The notes under the pieces were generated by a model. The model was not told the origin of the DNA and ran no database searches. It saw nothing but the letters and a program-made list of their open reading frames with translations. 64,000 nt of DNA. Source: Azolla caroliniana (lineage: Eukaryota; Plantae; Polypodiophyta). Shown here piece by piece: positions 12,635 through 24,500 of the stretch. The DNA lies in the NCBI GenBank assembly GCA_043228905.1, contig JBHGNT010000012.1, positions 8,432,001 to 8,496,000 on the forward strand. The letters are read 5' to 3'. Numbering within the stretch: position 1 is the stretch's first letter; every line of letters starts with the position of its first letter. Made by a program: the position numbers and the translations under genes.

Positions 12635-15330
12635 TGTCGTAGAAATCCACGCGTACGTGTTAGATAGGACAGGACCACGGGGGTCTTGGACTAGGGAGTC
12701 GGATGGTGGAGGTCTTGCTCTCAATTAGCCTCGGCCCTTTGGCTTTCCATTCACGTCAGTTTCCGGCCGACGAAGATTCTGGGTTCAATAAGATGATTAA
12801 CCACGAACAAGGACTCAACTCAAATAGGTGAAAACAAAGAGGAATATACACAAATATATATATATATATGTTACAAATGGTTTACGACGAATTGGCTTAC
12901 GTGCCCCAAATCCGGTGGCTATTACAAAACAATCGGCTAAATACAACGAGTTAAAAAATGGGATCCGGCAAAGGCAAGTCAAGTGGGCCACCAGAACCGC
13001 GGCGTCCACCATTGTTCACATCCCAAAGAAGGTAGAGTGTTCCCGTGTCACTTCACGCTCCCTTCTCGAACCGGCCACCACACAAAACACCTCTCCATCA
13101 TGGACAGGAAGCCGAACCACCAAGTGCCGTCATCGGAATGCCAAAGAGTCGTCACTGTAGAAACCTGAAACCAAAACCAAACTCTCACACGAAGAAGAAG
13201 AAACCCTAAATTTTCAACGAACTCTTACAAGATGAAGAACCAAAACGGAACACTAAACCTACACTCAAAATGGGGAACACTTTAACAAGATACCCCTCCT
13301 TCCTTTTATAGTCCAAGGAGGGAAGGATGTTACAATGTGGGACAAATATTCCCCTTTTTATTTAATATACATTTTCGAATGTACATGTACACACGGTGCA
13401 CATTGTCAACTTTGCCCATTCCACCCAGTTTTCTCACCATAGCCGGAAATCTTCACGACATCCACCCCCACCAAACCTGCACATCCACCGGAATGTGCCA
13501 AGATAAGGAAGGGAAGATGGGATATTCCGGCGAAGATGATCAACCGGGACTATCGCAGAACTGCCACCAGACCCTGGCGCCGGTCGTTGTCGGCTCCGAA
13601 CTGTCAACTCTAGGGTCAAACCTATCCTTGGCTGGGATCTTGTCCTTGTCGTTGTCCCTCATACGAGCTTGCCTCGACCCCACCGCTTCCTCGGCTCGGC
13701 ACGGCACCGCCACGTGTTGAACTTCATCATTAATCTTTCACATGCTTGTCTCTTGGCCCCTACGCGGCCAGATCACACGTTCCTCACTTCGTCTCTATGT
13801 GTACCCTCTCGGTCGGGTACACCGCCTCTCCGTCTCGGTGTCCTTCGTAGCCCCCGACGTTGCTACTTGGCCTATGGATCACCCTTGCCTTCCTTGGCCC
13901 GCTTGGCCTCTATTGTCCTCCGTGATGCCTCGATTGCCCGTTCGGTCCCTTCATCCGCTACCGCCTTCGTCCCTTCGCCACCACCTTCCTTCTCCTCGGT
14001 CTTACATTGCCACATCGGCCGAACTGCCGAGGTCTCTAGAACATGTGTGGAGGATCCCCCTCAGACCTTCTCTTTGGGGCCATGGACCCGCACAATCCTT
14101 CGTCTACATCCGTCCATTTCTTCTCCTCTGACCCCTCGATCGAGTCAGTCCAACTCTTGCCCGGCTCGACCACCCGAATCTCGATATGTTTGGCCCACAT
14201 TTGTCCCCAATCTCGCCTCGGTTCTCCATCGTTTGTCCGTAGCCACCCCCTTGGCTACCTCTCCTCCACATGCCTCGGCTTCGACCTCCGCTTCCTCTCC
14301 ACCACTTTCCATCTCTTAGGTCTTCCATTGGTTCTCAAACGCAACCGCCTAAGTCTCGGGAATTAGTGTGGAGGATTACGTGCACTTCCGTTGACCACTT
14401 GTGCCGTACCATCCTTCATCACTTGTATCGGTCGTGACCACCGCGTCCTCGCAACCACTTTCCATCTCTTAGGTCTTCCGTTGGTTCTCGGACACAACAA
14501 CCTAAGTCTCGGGAATGATTGTGGAGGACCCATACTTCGGTTTACCGCCTTTACTGTTTTCTCCCTGTCACTGAACTTCGCATCGGCTTCGATCTTCACT
14601 TCCTTGCCGCCACTTTCCGTCTCCTCAGTCTTACGTTGCCACACTGGCCGAACTATCGAGGTCTCTATAACGAGTGTGGAGGAAGTCTCATCTTTACTGA
14701 CCATACAAACCACAATACTTACATATATGCATACATACACACACACACATACACACACATTAGATATATGTATACTTACACATATATTGGATATATACAT
14801 GCATATTATGTACATATTACAAAAAGGAACCTAATCCTAATCGATCCTACTAGGGATCGGACCTAGAATCTCTAGTTTTCCATTGGTTGTACTTCCATTG
14901 AGGGTCATGGTACCCATCGTCGACTTGGTCTTGGTTTCTTCCCTCTCAATTCCATCCCATGGATGTTTCCTTAGCTAAATAGACCTCGCACTCTTTATCC
15001 GCTCCGGTCACGTAATCATCTACCACGTTTGCTCCTTCATTACTAGATGTTTCGTGCCCCGAAACATTTGACGCCTTCGAGGTAGCACCATCAACCCTCG
15101 AGTCATTAGTCGTCGCTTCTCCGCAAGTCGAGAAGGTGACTTGTCTACACCTTCTCCTGTCATGGAACCATCGTACCGAACCCGGGCCTTCAGACGACCT
15201 CATCTTTATTGCGCATCTGTGGAGAAGGCGGCTTCCTCCTCGATCTCTGTATGCCTCCGTCGACTCCTTTCGGCCTCCACTTTCAACATCGAGTTCCCTC
15301 ACCGAGGCTTTTATGTTGAGGAGCTAACAA
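12635..15330 (-). mobile_element. Non-chromovirus Gypsy (Tat/Athila-like) 3' part: 3' LTR 12635-13460, PPT, 3' region and integrase remnant
   Basis: Minus strand reads PPT GGTTTGGTGGGGGTGGA, then TGTCGTGAAGATTT...TCTACGACA, with a TATA (CTATAAAAGG) on the same strand. The flank is ACGG. The lineage assignment is inference. Confidence 0.7.
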
Positions 15331-17672
15331 TCACTCCTTATTCATATTTATACCAACCTGACATCCTAAGTAACGAACTAAAACTCCTTCTTGAATCCAA
15401 CGAAAAAACTCAGATGGTCTCCATGATGGCAATGGCCACTTAGAAACCCAAAAACCCACTGATTTACACCAATTAATTTTTGCACCAAAGGCAACACAAA
15501 ATGTTTCCAATGAAGCTTGTGCTTTATACAAATTACCTTCTTCAGCGCGCAAGTATAGTGTTGTATCATCTGCAAACTCCACATCTAGAATCATCTTTTT
15601 AGAGATCGGTGTGACCAACCCTTGAATCCCAACACCTACTGAATTTAAAAATGTTGAAAATACCTCCGTAACAATAAGAAATAAAAAATTAGCTAACGGA
15701 CACCCTTGGCGAACAGATCATGACATTTGAAACCTTTGTCCTCTACCTCCTGCTACTAAGATAGAACTATAATCTAATCTATACAAAGCTAACACTACAA
15801 TAATCCAAGCTTCTGGAAACCCTAATCTTCTCATTGCCTCTTCTAAAAAGTCCCAATTCATTCTATCATAGGCCTTTTCAAAATCTAACAATAAAATTAC
15901 TAAGTCCTCTTTGTTTGCCATAGCTGAAGCCGACAACTCCCAAAACAAAAAAAATTACCAAATATACTCCTATCTTGCATGAAACCTGTCTGAGAAGTAT
16001 GAATAATATCAAGCAATAAAGGTTGCAAACGCAGTGCCAATACCTTAGCATAAATTTTGTAAACTGTATTGAGTAATGTGATCGGTCACCATGCCCTAAT
16101 GTCCTCCAAGGCTCCATCCCCTTTAGGGATAAGATAAATCAGCCCCTCCTTCCATTCCTCTAGCATAGCTCCTAAATCAAAAATTATCTGAAAAGCACTA
16201 GTTAAATCATCAGCTATAATGTCCCAATACTGTAAGAAAACATCTCTTATTAGTCCATCCTCTCCCGGGAAAACCTCGGAACCCAAAGATTTTAATGCTT
16301 GCAGAACCTCAGAAGAAGAAAAAGGGCATAAAAGAGTTTGAACCATTCGATTTGTAACACATGGTTTTGTTGTACCGAAAACTATACCCCTCATTGCCAA
16401 TACATTTTGACTCACCTCATCAGCAAACAACAATTGTTCATAATATCGCAATGCCAACTCTCGCATTTCATCTAGATTTGTTACAAGATTACCATCATCC
16501 CTCTTTAATGCACCCATCTGAAACTTCCGCAGTCTTGGAGTAACTACATCAAAAAATAATTTGGACATTTTGTCCCCTTTTTGAGACCATTTTGCTACAA
16601 ATGCAGAGTATTTAAAATCAGCCATTTTAGATTGCATAAAAAAAAACTCGTCTCTTAACTTCCATAAGTTGTTTTCAAGATAAATTGAACTGATATCTCT
16701 TTCTTGCAAATATTGAATAGAGGCCAACCCTCTTCTTGCATTTGCCAACCGAGAGATAAGAAAAAATTATTATCATTAGCCTTGCCTAGAAGCAGTTTCT
16801 TAAGCCGAAATAATGCCACAAAAACCTTAGTTAACTTGTCAGGAGCAAAGACAGTAGACCAAAGGAAAGCAACACTCTGCAATAGACTCATCCTTCAGAA
16901 TCCACTTTGGAATCTTAGCATGATCATGAAATACAGCCACTCGCAATTTCAAAGTTAGCTTTACTGGTGCATGATCTGAAAAGTTTGTACCCGGCACTAT
17001 CCCTAGAGATCCACCTAACTCCCAAAAAAATTGATCCGCGTAAAACCTGTCAATCCTAGAGAGATTGGCATCCACTACCCGCTTGTTTGATCGAGAAAAT
17101 TGCAAAGACTCTACCATTCTTGCAAAAGACTGCATAAACCATAAATCCTGCAAGTTAAATTTAAAGAATAATTTTCAGCACCTGAAATTCTAATTGTGCT
17201 CCCACCCATACGTAAAGTCCCCAACAATGCACCAATGATCCATTACAGGGAGATCATTCCACAGTTGGCACCAAAATTGTGCCCTTCCCCTTGCTGAATT
17301 AGGCACATAAACATTCAAGAAGCCAACTTTTTTCTCTAATATCTTTAAGACTATAAATTGGGCACGACCACCCTGTAAAAAACCTTTGTCTACAATCAAA
17401 GAGGTCCATTTTTTATAACATGCAATAGCAAGCCCCCCTTGCGCTCTAGATGGCCCATAAGTCGAAATCTAATCATAAAACTACCTTCCCTTCAAGAATT
17501 TACGAATTTTAGCCACCCTATTCTGTGATAAATGATGCTCTTGTATCAATAAAATATCAAATTTACCCACATACTGGGATGATAGTTCCTGATTAAACAA
17601 GCCTTTCACTTTATGAAATTTATCACCTCCTAACCCTTGTACATTCCAAGAGAGTAAAGTCAACGAATCCAT
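15331..17672 (-). pseudogene. LINE ORF2 (AP endonuclease plus RT), fragmented
   Basis: Consecutive minus-strand ORF fragments carry EN and RT motifs in the expected order. Confidence 0.85.
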
Positions 17673-18216
17673 ATCACAAGGAGGGAGGTAACAACCTTTT
17701 ATCCTTCAAGATATCACTTCATTCCTTCTAAGCTGAAGAAACTGCTCTAGTAATTCTTTTTTCCATATTAGAATTTCTATTATCCTTGTATACTCTATTT
17801 TTGCTATTCCCGACAGCCTCAACTACACTATTAGATGCTGAAAATTTATACGGAATCGGAACATTTTCTGCATGCAACACCATCTTCTTCGAGTGATCCT
17901 CTACATTCTTTCTCACAATCTTGGCATAAGAAAATGCCACAATATCCTTAGATATAGAAATTTGCTAAATTTCTGGCTTAAAAGGACATATTTGCATGTT
18001 TGCTTGATTCTCTAAATATTGCACCAACTTTTGAACCTTTGAAGAATTACTCATAGGCGCTACATCGTCACAAAGACCAACCCCCCGAACCATACTAACT
18101 TGTTGGGTATCAACAATAGGTAACAGCTCGTAATGTGCTTCCACAGCCTACGAAACAGTATTCAAAAGTGGAAAATGTTGCAAAGGAATATCATAAATTC
18201 TATTAGGCAATTCAAT

Positions 18217-19029
18217 TTATTTTTTCCCCCGAAACGCCTGATTTCTATACACGATCTGCCATTGCAAAGATTTTTGAACAAGACCTTCACCAAAAGAGGT
18301 AGTATCTTGTTCCAATGGACAAGCTTTGGCGATATGACCTATTTCCCTACACCTGTAACATTGATTCGGTAAACCATAATATACAACTTTCTGAAGTTTT
18401 TGAAAGGCATTTCCATCTAGTTTCGGCAATCGAATCCATTGTGGCAATTTTTCCCCTTTCCTACATAGTAATTTCACTGACGGAGCTCCTCCTTCCAAAA
18501 CCTCATTCTTAGTATGTGACTGAAATGCCAAGACCTTACCAATAGATGCACTTAGTTTAGGCAATATCTTCCTCCATTCTTTCTCCAAATTTGGGAAAAC
18601 CATCATACAAGTGAACATAGCGGTTGAATCCTCTTGTAAAGCAAGTGTATTAAATCCGTGACACCACGGATAAAACACCGCCAGGGCACCCTTAAGATCC
18701 GCCGAGCCCAATGACAAGAGATGAGAAACCGATTTGCCGTTCTCAAATTCCAATTGATAGCAACCACGTCCTAATATTTGAATGTCAATAATTTTATCCA
18801 AAACTGATTGGATGGCAACCTGTAACAAATGTCGAAGATCCCCTTTGCTTGGCCGGCTTCCCAAAATATGTACCACTATTGAGACGGCCTGAAGACGAAT
18901 CAACTCTTGCATAACAATCACTTCATCCTCTAGTGCTAGGCTAATGTCTAAAGACCCTTCGACAGAGATTGGGTTGACAGCTGATGCACTGGATCGCTCT
19001 CGGGGCGTTGATGTCGATGGTCCCTCCAT
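18217..19029 (-). pseudogene. LINE ORF1 (DUF4283-like region plus CX2CX4HX4C knuckle), frameshifted downstream
   Basis: YGLPNQCYRCREIGHIAKAC. Confidence 0.8.
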
Positions 19030-19389
19030 GGCTGAGTAGATACTTCCTTAATGTATTCCTTCTCTCTCCTTTTTATATATTGTATCTTCCCTAATTTTTG
19101 TTAAATAAATCTATTATTTAGAATAGAGAAGAGGATTACCAGGATAAATTGATTCTTGTCTACTAATTATTGCTGATTTTGGCAGCCACTCGCTTCTGTA
19201 GGAGAGGAAAATAAGTTGTGCAAGGGCAGCAAGGGCGACAACAGATCTAACATTCATTTGTTCGTCTCCAATCAAAAATTTTAAGATGGTTTCCAATAGA
19301 AAATGCACATTAAGAGTGGAGAACATCTGTTCTGCTTTGATTTTGCTCTGTTTTGCTCTGTTCTATTCTGCTCTATTCTGCCCTACTCT

Positions 19390-19580
19390 GTGCGTAATGT
19401 ACTGTGTGTTAAAAGTTAGAGGTTCGAGTCTAGAATGTGAGATTATCCCCCCTCTTACGTCGCCTTCCCAAACTGGTCCTTGGCTTAAGGGGATATTGTT
19501 GATGAAAATCTTAGACCACCTCCAAAGTATTTTGTAAATCCCAAATAAGAAGTAACCCTTCCAGAAGACGAGGTATTGAA
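19390..19580 (-). mobile_element. Chromovirus remnant: chromodomain, PPT and start of LTR
   Basis: QYLVFWKGY...LQNTLEVV..FHQQYP and PPT AAGAGGGGGGATAAT. Confidence 0.6.
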
Positions 19581-19828
19581 CACCAACGGGCATGGGTGAC
19601 CATGTGCAGTCCTCGCCCAAGACTCGAACAGGAATACCAACGGGCGTGAGCGACCATGTGCAGTCCTCGTCGAGAACTGGAACACAAATACCAATGGGCG
19701 TGAGTGACCAAGTGTGGTCCTCACAGGGAACACAAACACCAACAGGCATGAGAGACCATGTCAATCCTCGTTGAGAGTTGGAACACGATCACCAACGCAC
19801 GTGAGCGACCATGTGTGGTTCTCACCGG

Positions 19829-20968
19829 TGTCGTGAAGATTTTCGGTAACAGTGTGAAAATTGCATGGAATGTACAAAATTAAGTGTGGTTCTTCACACA
19901 CAATATGAAACAATAATAGTGAAGATATTATTTTATATTAGTTTAATATCTTGGTACGAGAAGATGGATGCCTTCAAGAGCTTCTGAATGTACTTTACTA
20001 CTTTTGAAACGTACAACTAAATGTTAAGTTATGTAAATGTGAAGTTTGAGAATAAGAAGAGAAAAACAAAATTGTGAGATATCCCACATAGATAGGACAA
20101 CATCAGGATGCAAGAGTATATAAGTAGAGCCATATCTTTTTATATTTTATCTAAGTGCTAGGAGTACAAAAGGGTTGGGTTGTATAACTTGGACGAATGG
20201 ATGCGGCCAAGTTATTCAAATAGTGTTTTGGACGGAGCCGAAACCGGAATCGGACGGCGACATAACCGAAACCAGAACGGATAGACCGGATCACCGGGTC
20301 GGAAGCGGACCGGATAGATGAATCAATCGGATACGTTGATCGTGACGATTTCAGTGTGAAACGAACAAAATCATCTAAACTAAAAAACCTATTAGAAATT
20401 TGTAATCAAAAAGATGCAAGCAAGGCTTGAACCTTGCACCTCCAACATAGGAGGCAATGAACTTACCATTAAGCCAAGTCATGTCTTTAAAAATGTGTTT
20501 ACTATCATTATACTTTCACATGTAAACTTTCATGTTAGAGCTCGATTGAGTGACATGGTTATCATGCATCACATGTAATACATGAGCGCCAAATGGCAAA
20601 CATGCATCTCATGCATGTCTTGCACCCTCACAAGCATCATATGCATGGGGCCATCTATAAAAGAGTGGATAGAGAGGAAAAACGGGCTATGTATTAATCA
20701 AGAAATTAAGAAGAAGAAAATTTGTTATCCAATTGATGATATATCTTGTTCATCAAATCTAAAGTCAAGGGTTCAATCTTAATCTCTCTCTCCATTTCAA
20801 TCTCTCTCAATCTAAAGTCAAGCGTTCTATCTTATCTCAATCTCTCTCTCTTTTAATCTATCTTAAATACTTTCTTGCTAAATCTAGTGCAAACTTCGAA
20901 TCCTTCCGGTCCAAAACCCCAGCAGTTCCACCTCACGATCCGCACATAGTAATGGATTTTTCACAACA
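19829..20968 (+). mobile_element. Solo LTR of the TGTCGTGAAG lineage, 4-bp TSD CCGG
   Basis: TGTCGTGAAGATTTTCGG...TTTTCACAACA, flanked by CCGG at 19825-19828 and 20969-20972. Both ends resemble the LTR at 12635-13460. Confidence 0.85.
20414..20485 (-). promoter_or_regulatory. tRNA-like A/B-box cassette in solo LTR
   Basis: TGGCTTAATGGTAAG, a CCTCC/GGAGG stem and the T-arm GCAAGG-TTCAAG-CCTTGC. Confidence 0.7.
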
Positions 20969-21554
20969 CCGGGAACTGGAATATGAACAGCAATAGGCAT
21001 GAGCAACCATGGTGGTCCTCGCCGGGATCTGGAACACGAACAATAGTTGGAGTGAGTGACCATGTGCAATCCTCACCGGAAACTAGAACACGAATACCAA
21101 CGGGCATGAGTGACCATGTGCGGTCCTCACAGGGAACACGAACACCAACGGGCATGAGAGACCATGTCAGTCCTCACCTAGAGTTGGAACAGTCATGCAC
21201 ATGCCTCTCTAGTAAAGTCCTTTGAAAGCCCCCACGAATCATGAGCTTCTCGGAGCTCTTCGACCTCTTCATGAAACTACGACCACAACCACCCGGTAAA
21301 TCTTCTAGTCATTGCCTCGTCCTTCTTCCTTCAATCACTCCCAGCATCATGGGCTTTAAAAATTTTGGGACCCCATCCCCATTTCAATGGTCAACTTCTT
21401 CGACCGCGCTCTCAACGACTTTCGAGTCATTTCTCGTCCACCCTTCTTCTGCATACGTCCATCATCACCTTCGACATTGCCTTCATCACAAAGCCTTCTT
21501 CGTCCACCTCCATCCTCCCTTGCCACCCTTCACGTTAGGCTCACCAAATATTTT

Positions 21555-24500
21555 GCAGAAATCCACACGTACGTGTCGGAGAGGACGGGACCACAGGGGG
21601 TCTTGGACTAGGGAGTCGGATGGTGGAGGTCTCGCTCTCAATGAGCCTCCGCCTCAGCCTTTTGGCTTTCCAGTCATGGCGGTTTCCGGCCGACGAAGTT
21701 TCCAGGTTCAATAAGAAGATTAACCACGAACAAGGACTCAACTCAAATAAGTTGTTGAGAGACAAGCTCAACATCGGCCGGATCGGTTGAGCAAGCGAGG
21801 ACCGGATCGGTTGGAAACCGGTACGCAGACCGGTGCGTAGGAACGCCAGATCGGTGCAGAAACCAGGAGGCCATCGGAAAGATATTCCACAAGGAATATA
21901 TTTGGGAGTTAGTGTCGAGGCTCATTTATGAGCAGTCAAGTATTGTCAGTACTTGTGTCAGCCCGATTGTCAAGGCTTGTATAAAGGTGCTCACTGAGCA
22001 CATCCTATGTACAGATTGAGTATTATTTTGAATTGAGTTCTGTGTGTTCTCTCTCTATCTCTCCCGTGTGTATTGTGCAAACCTAAGCTTTCCATTAAAC
22101 CTGCGTTTTCTGTTGTTCGGTTTCCTATATTGGTATCAGAGCGCAAGGGTTTGAGAACCTCTGCAGTCGACTTTGCTTGAAGGAAAAACCAACGAAGAAG
22201 AACAAGAAAACCGATGGATAGATGAATGGCTAGCTCACTACCGACGGAGAAGCTTGACAGAACCAACTACGCATCTTGGTCCTACAAGATACACCAGTAC
22301 CTGCTTGGGCACGGTTACTGGAGCTATGTCGAAGGAGTGAATGACGCGACACCTGAATCGACACACAAAGACTTCCCGACGTGGGAACAATTGGCGAGTA
22401 GAGTGTTGTACTTTTTCGCATCTTGTGTGGGCGAACAACTATTAAGCTATGTTCAGGATGCAAAAACGCCGAAGAGTGCGTGGGAAAATCTGAAGACGAT
22501 CTTCGCCGCGAGCACCACAGCCAGGAAGCTTCAGCTCCAACAGGAGTTGAGCAACCTACGACAACGCGACTTGTCGGTGGCTGACTATACCTCGAAGGTC
22601 AAGGACATATGCGACTCCTTAGCTTCCATCAATGTGAACATCGAGGAAAGCGAGATGGTCTAGGTCTGTCTCGGGGATTTGGCGTCAAAGTTCGGAGCGT
22701 TCCGAACTATTGTTTGTACCCGAGAGAATACGCCGTCCTTTTTCGACTTACAGTCGATGCTCTTGGTAGAGGAGAACCACCCGGGTGCGTCAACGAGCAT
22801 GCACACCGACAGCAAGATGTTGTACACGGAGGGAGATAGGCCCCGTGGACGTGGAGGGCGAGGCGAGTCGATGCGCAATGGAGGCGGCCGACGAGATCAA
22901 GGAAGGAGGCACCGAAATGATGCCGACAGCAATTTCGGACCCTCCGAAAATAAGGGGAGTCGAGGCGATGAGAACCGGCAAGGGAAACCCACCACAGAAT
23001 GCTAGTACTATGGCAAGAAAGGCCACAGGGAGAGCGAGTTCTGGAAAAAGTGCGCCGAGTCGGAGAGGACCGGTTCCGGATCTAGTTCCGAACATACCAA
23101 CAAAGGAAACCGGTAGCGATCGCACCACGCCGAAGGATTCGGAAAAGCCGGAAAAGGGTCTGCCTTCGTGACGAGACACGAAGCAAACTCAATGAAGCAG
23201 ACCACCCCGAAATCCGACGAGGTGTGGTACGTCGACTCCGGCGCGTCAAATCACATGATGAGCCATAAGGAGTGGTTCTCGTAACTAGAAAAACCGATGC
23301 AACCGGGAGTAGTCACAACCGGAGACGACACTCCGCATCCGATCGCGAATGTCGGAGAAGTTCCCCTGAGCCATGTCGGGCAGAAAGGGAAACTCATGAA
23401 CGTGCTACATGTTCCAACAATCACGAAGAACTTGGTGTCGATCGGACAGATCGTCGACCAAGGGATGGAGGTCCGGTTTACACACCTCGGGTGCTTCATC
23501 GAGGAAGAAGGCCGTGTTATTGCGCAAGGGCGCAGAGATGGGAGGATGTTCATCCTCAACTCTACTGACGGTGACACCGCAATGTTCGCGAAGGGACAAA
23601 AGTCGAGTCGGACATCGACTTATGGCACCAGCGGATAGGCCACGTCAACTACCAACGGCTTCAAGACCTGCAATCGAAACAAGTGGTGTTCAGATTGCCC
23701 AAATTTAGTGGCCGGAAGGCACAAATTTGTGAAGCCTGCCAGCTTGGGAAGCAACACCGACTTCCTTTCCCCAGCGAGCATAACCGGAGCCGGAACAATC
23801 TTGACTTGATACACTCTAATGTGTGGGGGCCGGCACAAAACGTTAGTCTTGGCGGGAGCCGACACTTCGTCTCCTTCATCGACGACTACACGCGGCACAC
23901 ATGGATCTACCTCATTGAGAGGAAGAGCGAAGTCTTCGACTATTTTCGGGACCTCAAAGGGTTCGTGGAAACGGACACGGGAAGAAAGATCAAGTGCCTG
24001 CAGTCGGATGGCGGAAAAGAATACTACAACGGATGGGAATTCGGTGGGAATTCAGTTGTAGATACACGTCAGAGCAAAACGGCGTGGCCGAGAGGAAAAA
24101 TCGGTCAGTTATGGAAGCGGCACGGGCAATGCTCAAAGAGAAGAGCCTGCCCAAGTTCTACTGGGCCGAGTCAGTAAGGAGCGCGGTATACATCCAGAAT
24201 CAGATCGAAGACAAAGTGTCGGCACACGAGCTATATTTCGGAATGAAGCCGAACTTGCGACACTTACGAGTTTGCAGTAGCATTGCGTATGTGCATGTGC
24301 CGAAGGAGAAACGGAGGACGCTGGACGCAAAGGCCGAGAAATGTATCTTGGTCGGTTACTCGGACGAGCAGAAGGGTTATAAGTGTTATAACCCGCGCAC
24401 CAAACAACCGCGCGTGAGCTGCGACATTGTGTTTGATGAGTCCACGTCCTGGTACTTGCCTCCGACTCCGGACCTCGCCTTCAATCCGAGTTTTGATGAT

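Larger units (their letters stand above)
15331..19390 (-). mobile_element. Degenerate L1-clade LINE, 3'-truncated
   Basis: ORF1 with a zinc knuckle. ORF2 fragments: SWNVQGL, LIQEHH, SRIDRFY, SDHAPV, LDFEKAYD, EFADD, RYLG. Confidence 0.9.
19578..21192. repeat. ~57-bp tandem array (about 9 units) interrupted by a solo LTR
   Basis: Unit is approximately gaacacgaataccaacgggcatgagtgaccatgtgcagtcctcaccggaaactg. A shorter cacagggaacac variant occurs on both sides of the insert. Confidence 0.85.

Noticed and set aside
20414-20485. Functional tRNA genes at the tRNA-like cassettes
   Set aside because: Acceptor stems and 7-nt anticodon loops are not canonical, so they are reported only as tRNA-like modules.
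19829-20968. Non-autonomous Ginger DNA transposon
   Set aside because: The terminal inverted repeats are only about 10 bp, and the ends match an LTR that sits next to a PPT (12635-13460). A solo LTR fits better.
19578-21192. CRISPR-like array
   Set aside because: Whole units are repeated with no unique spacers, there are no cas genes, and the context is eukaryotic.
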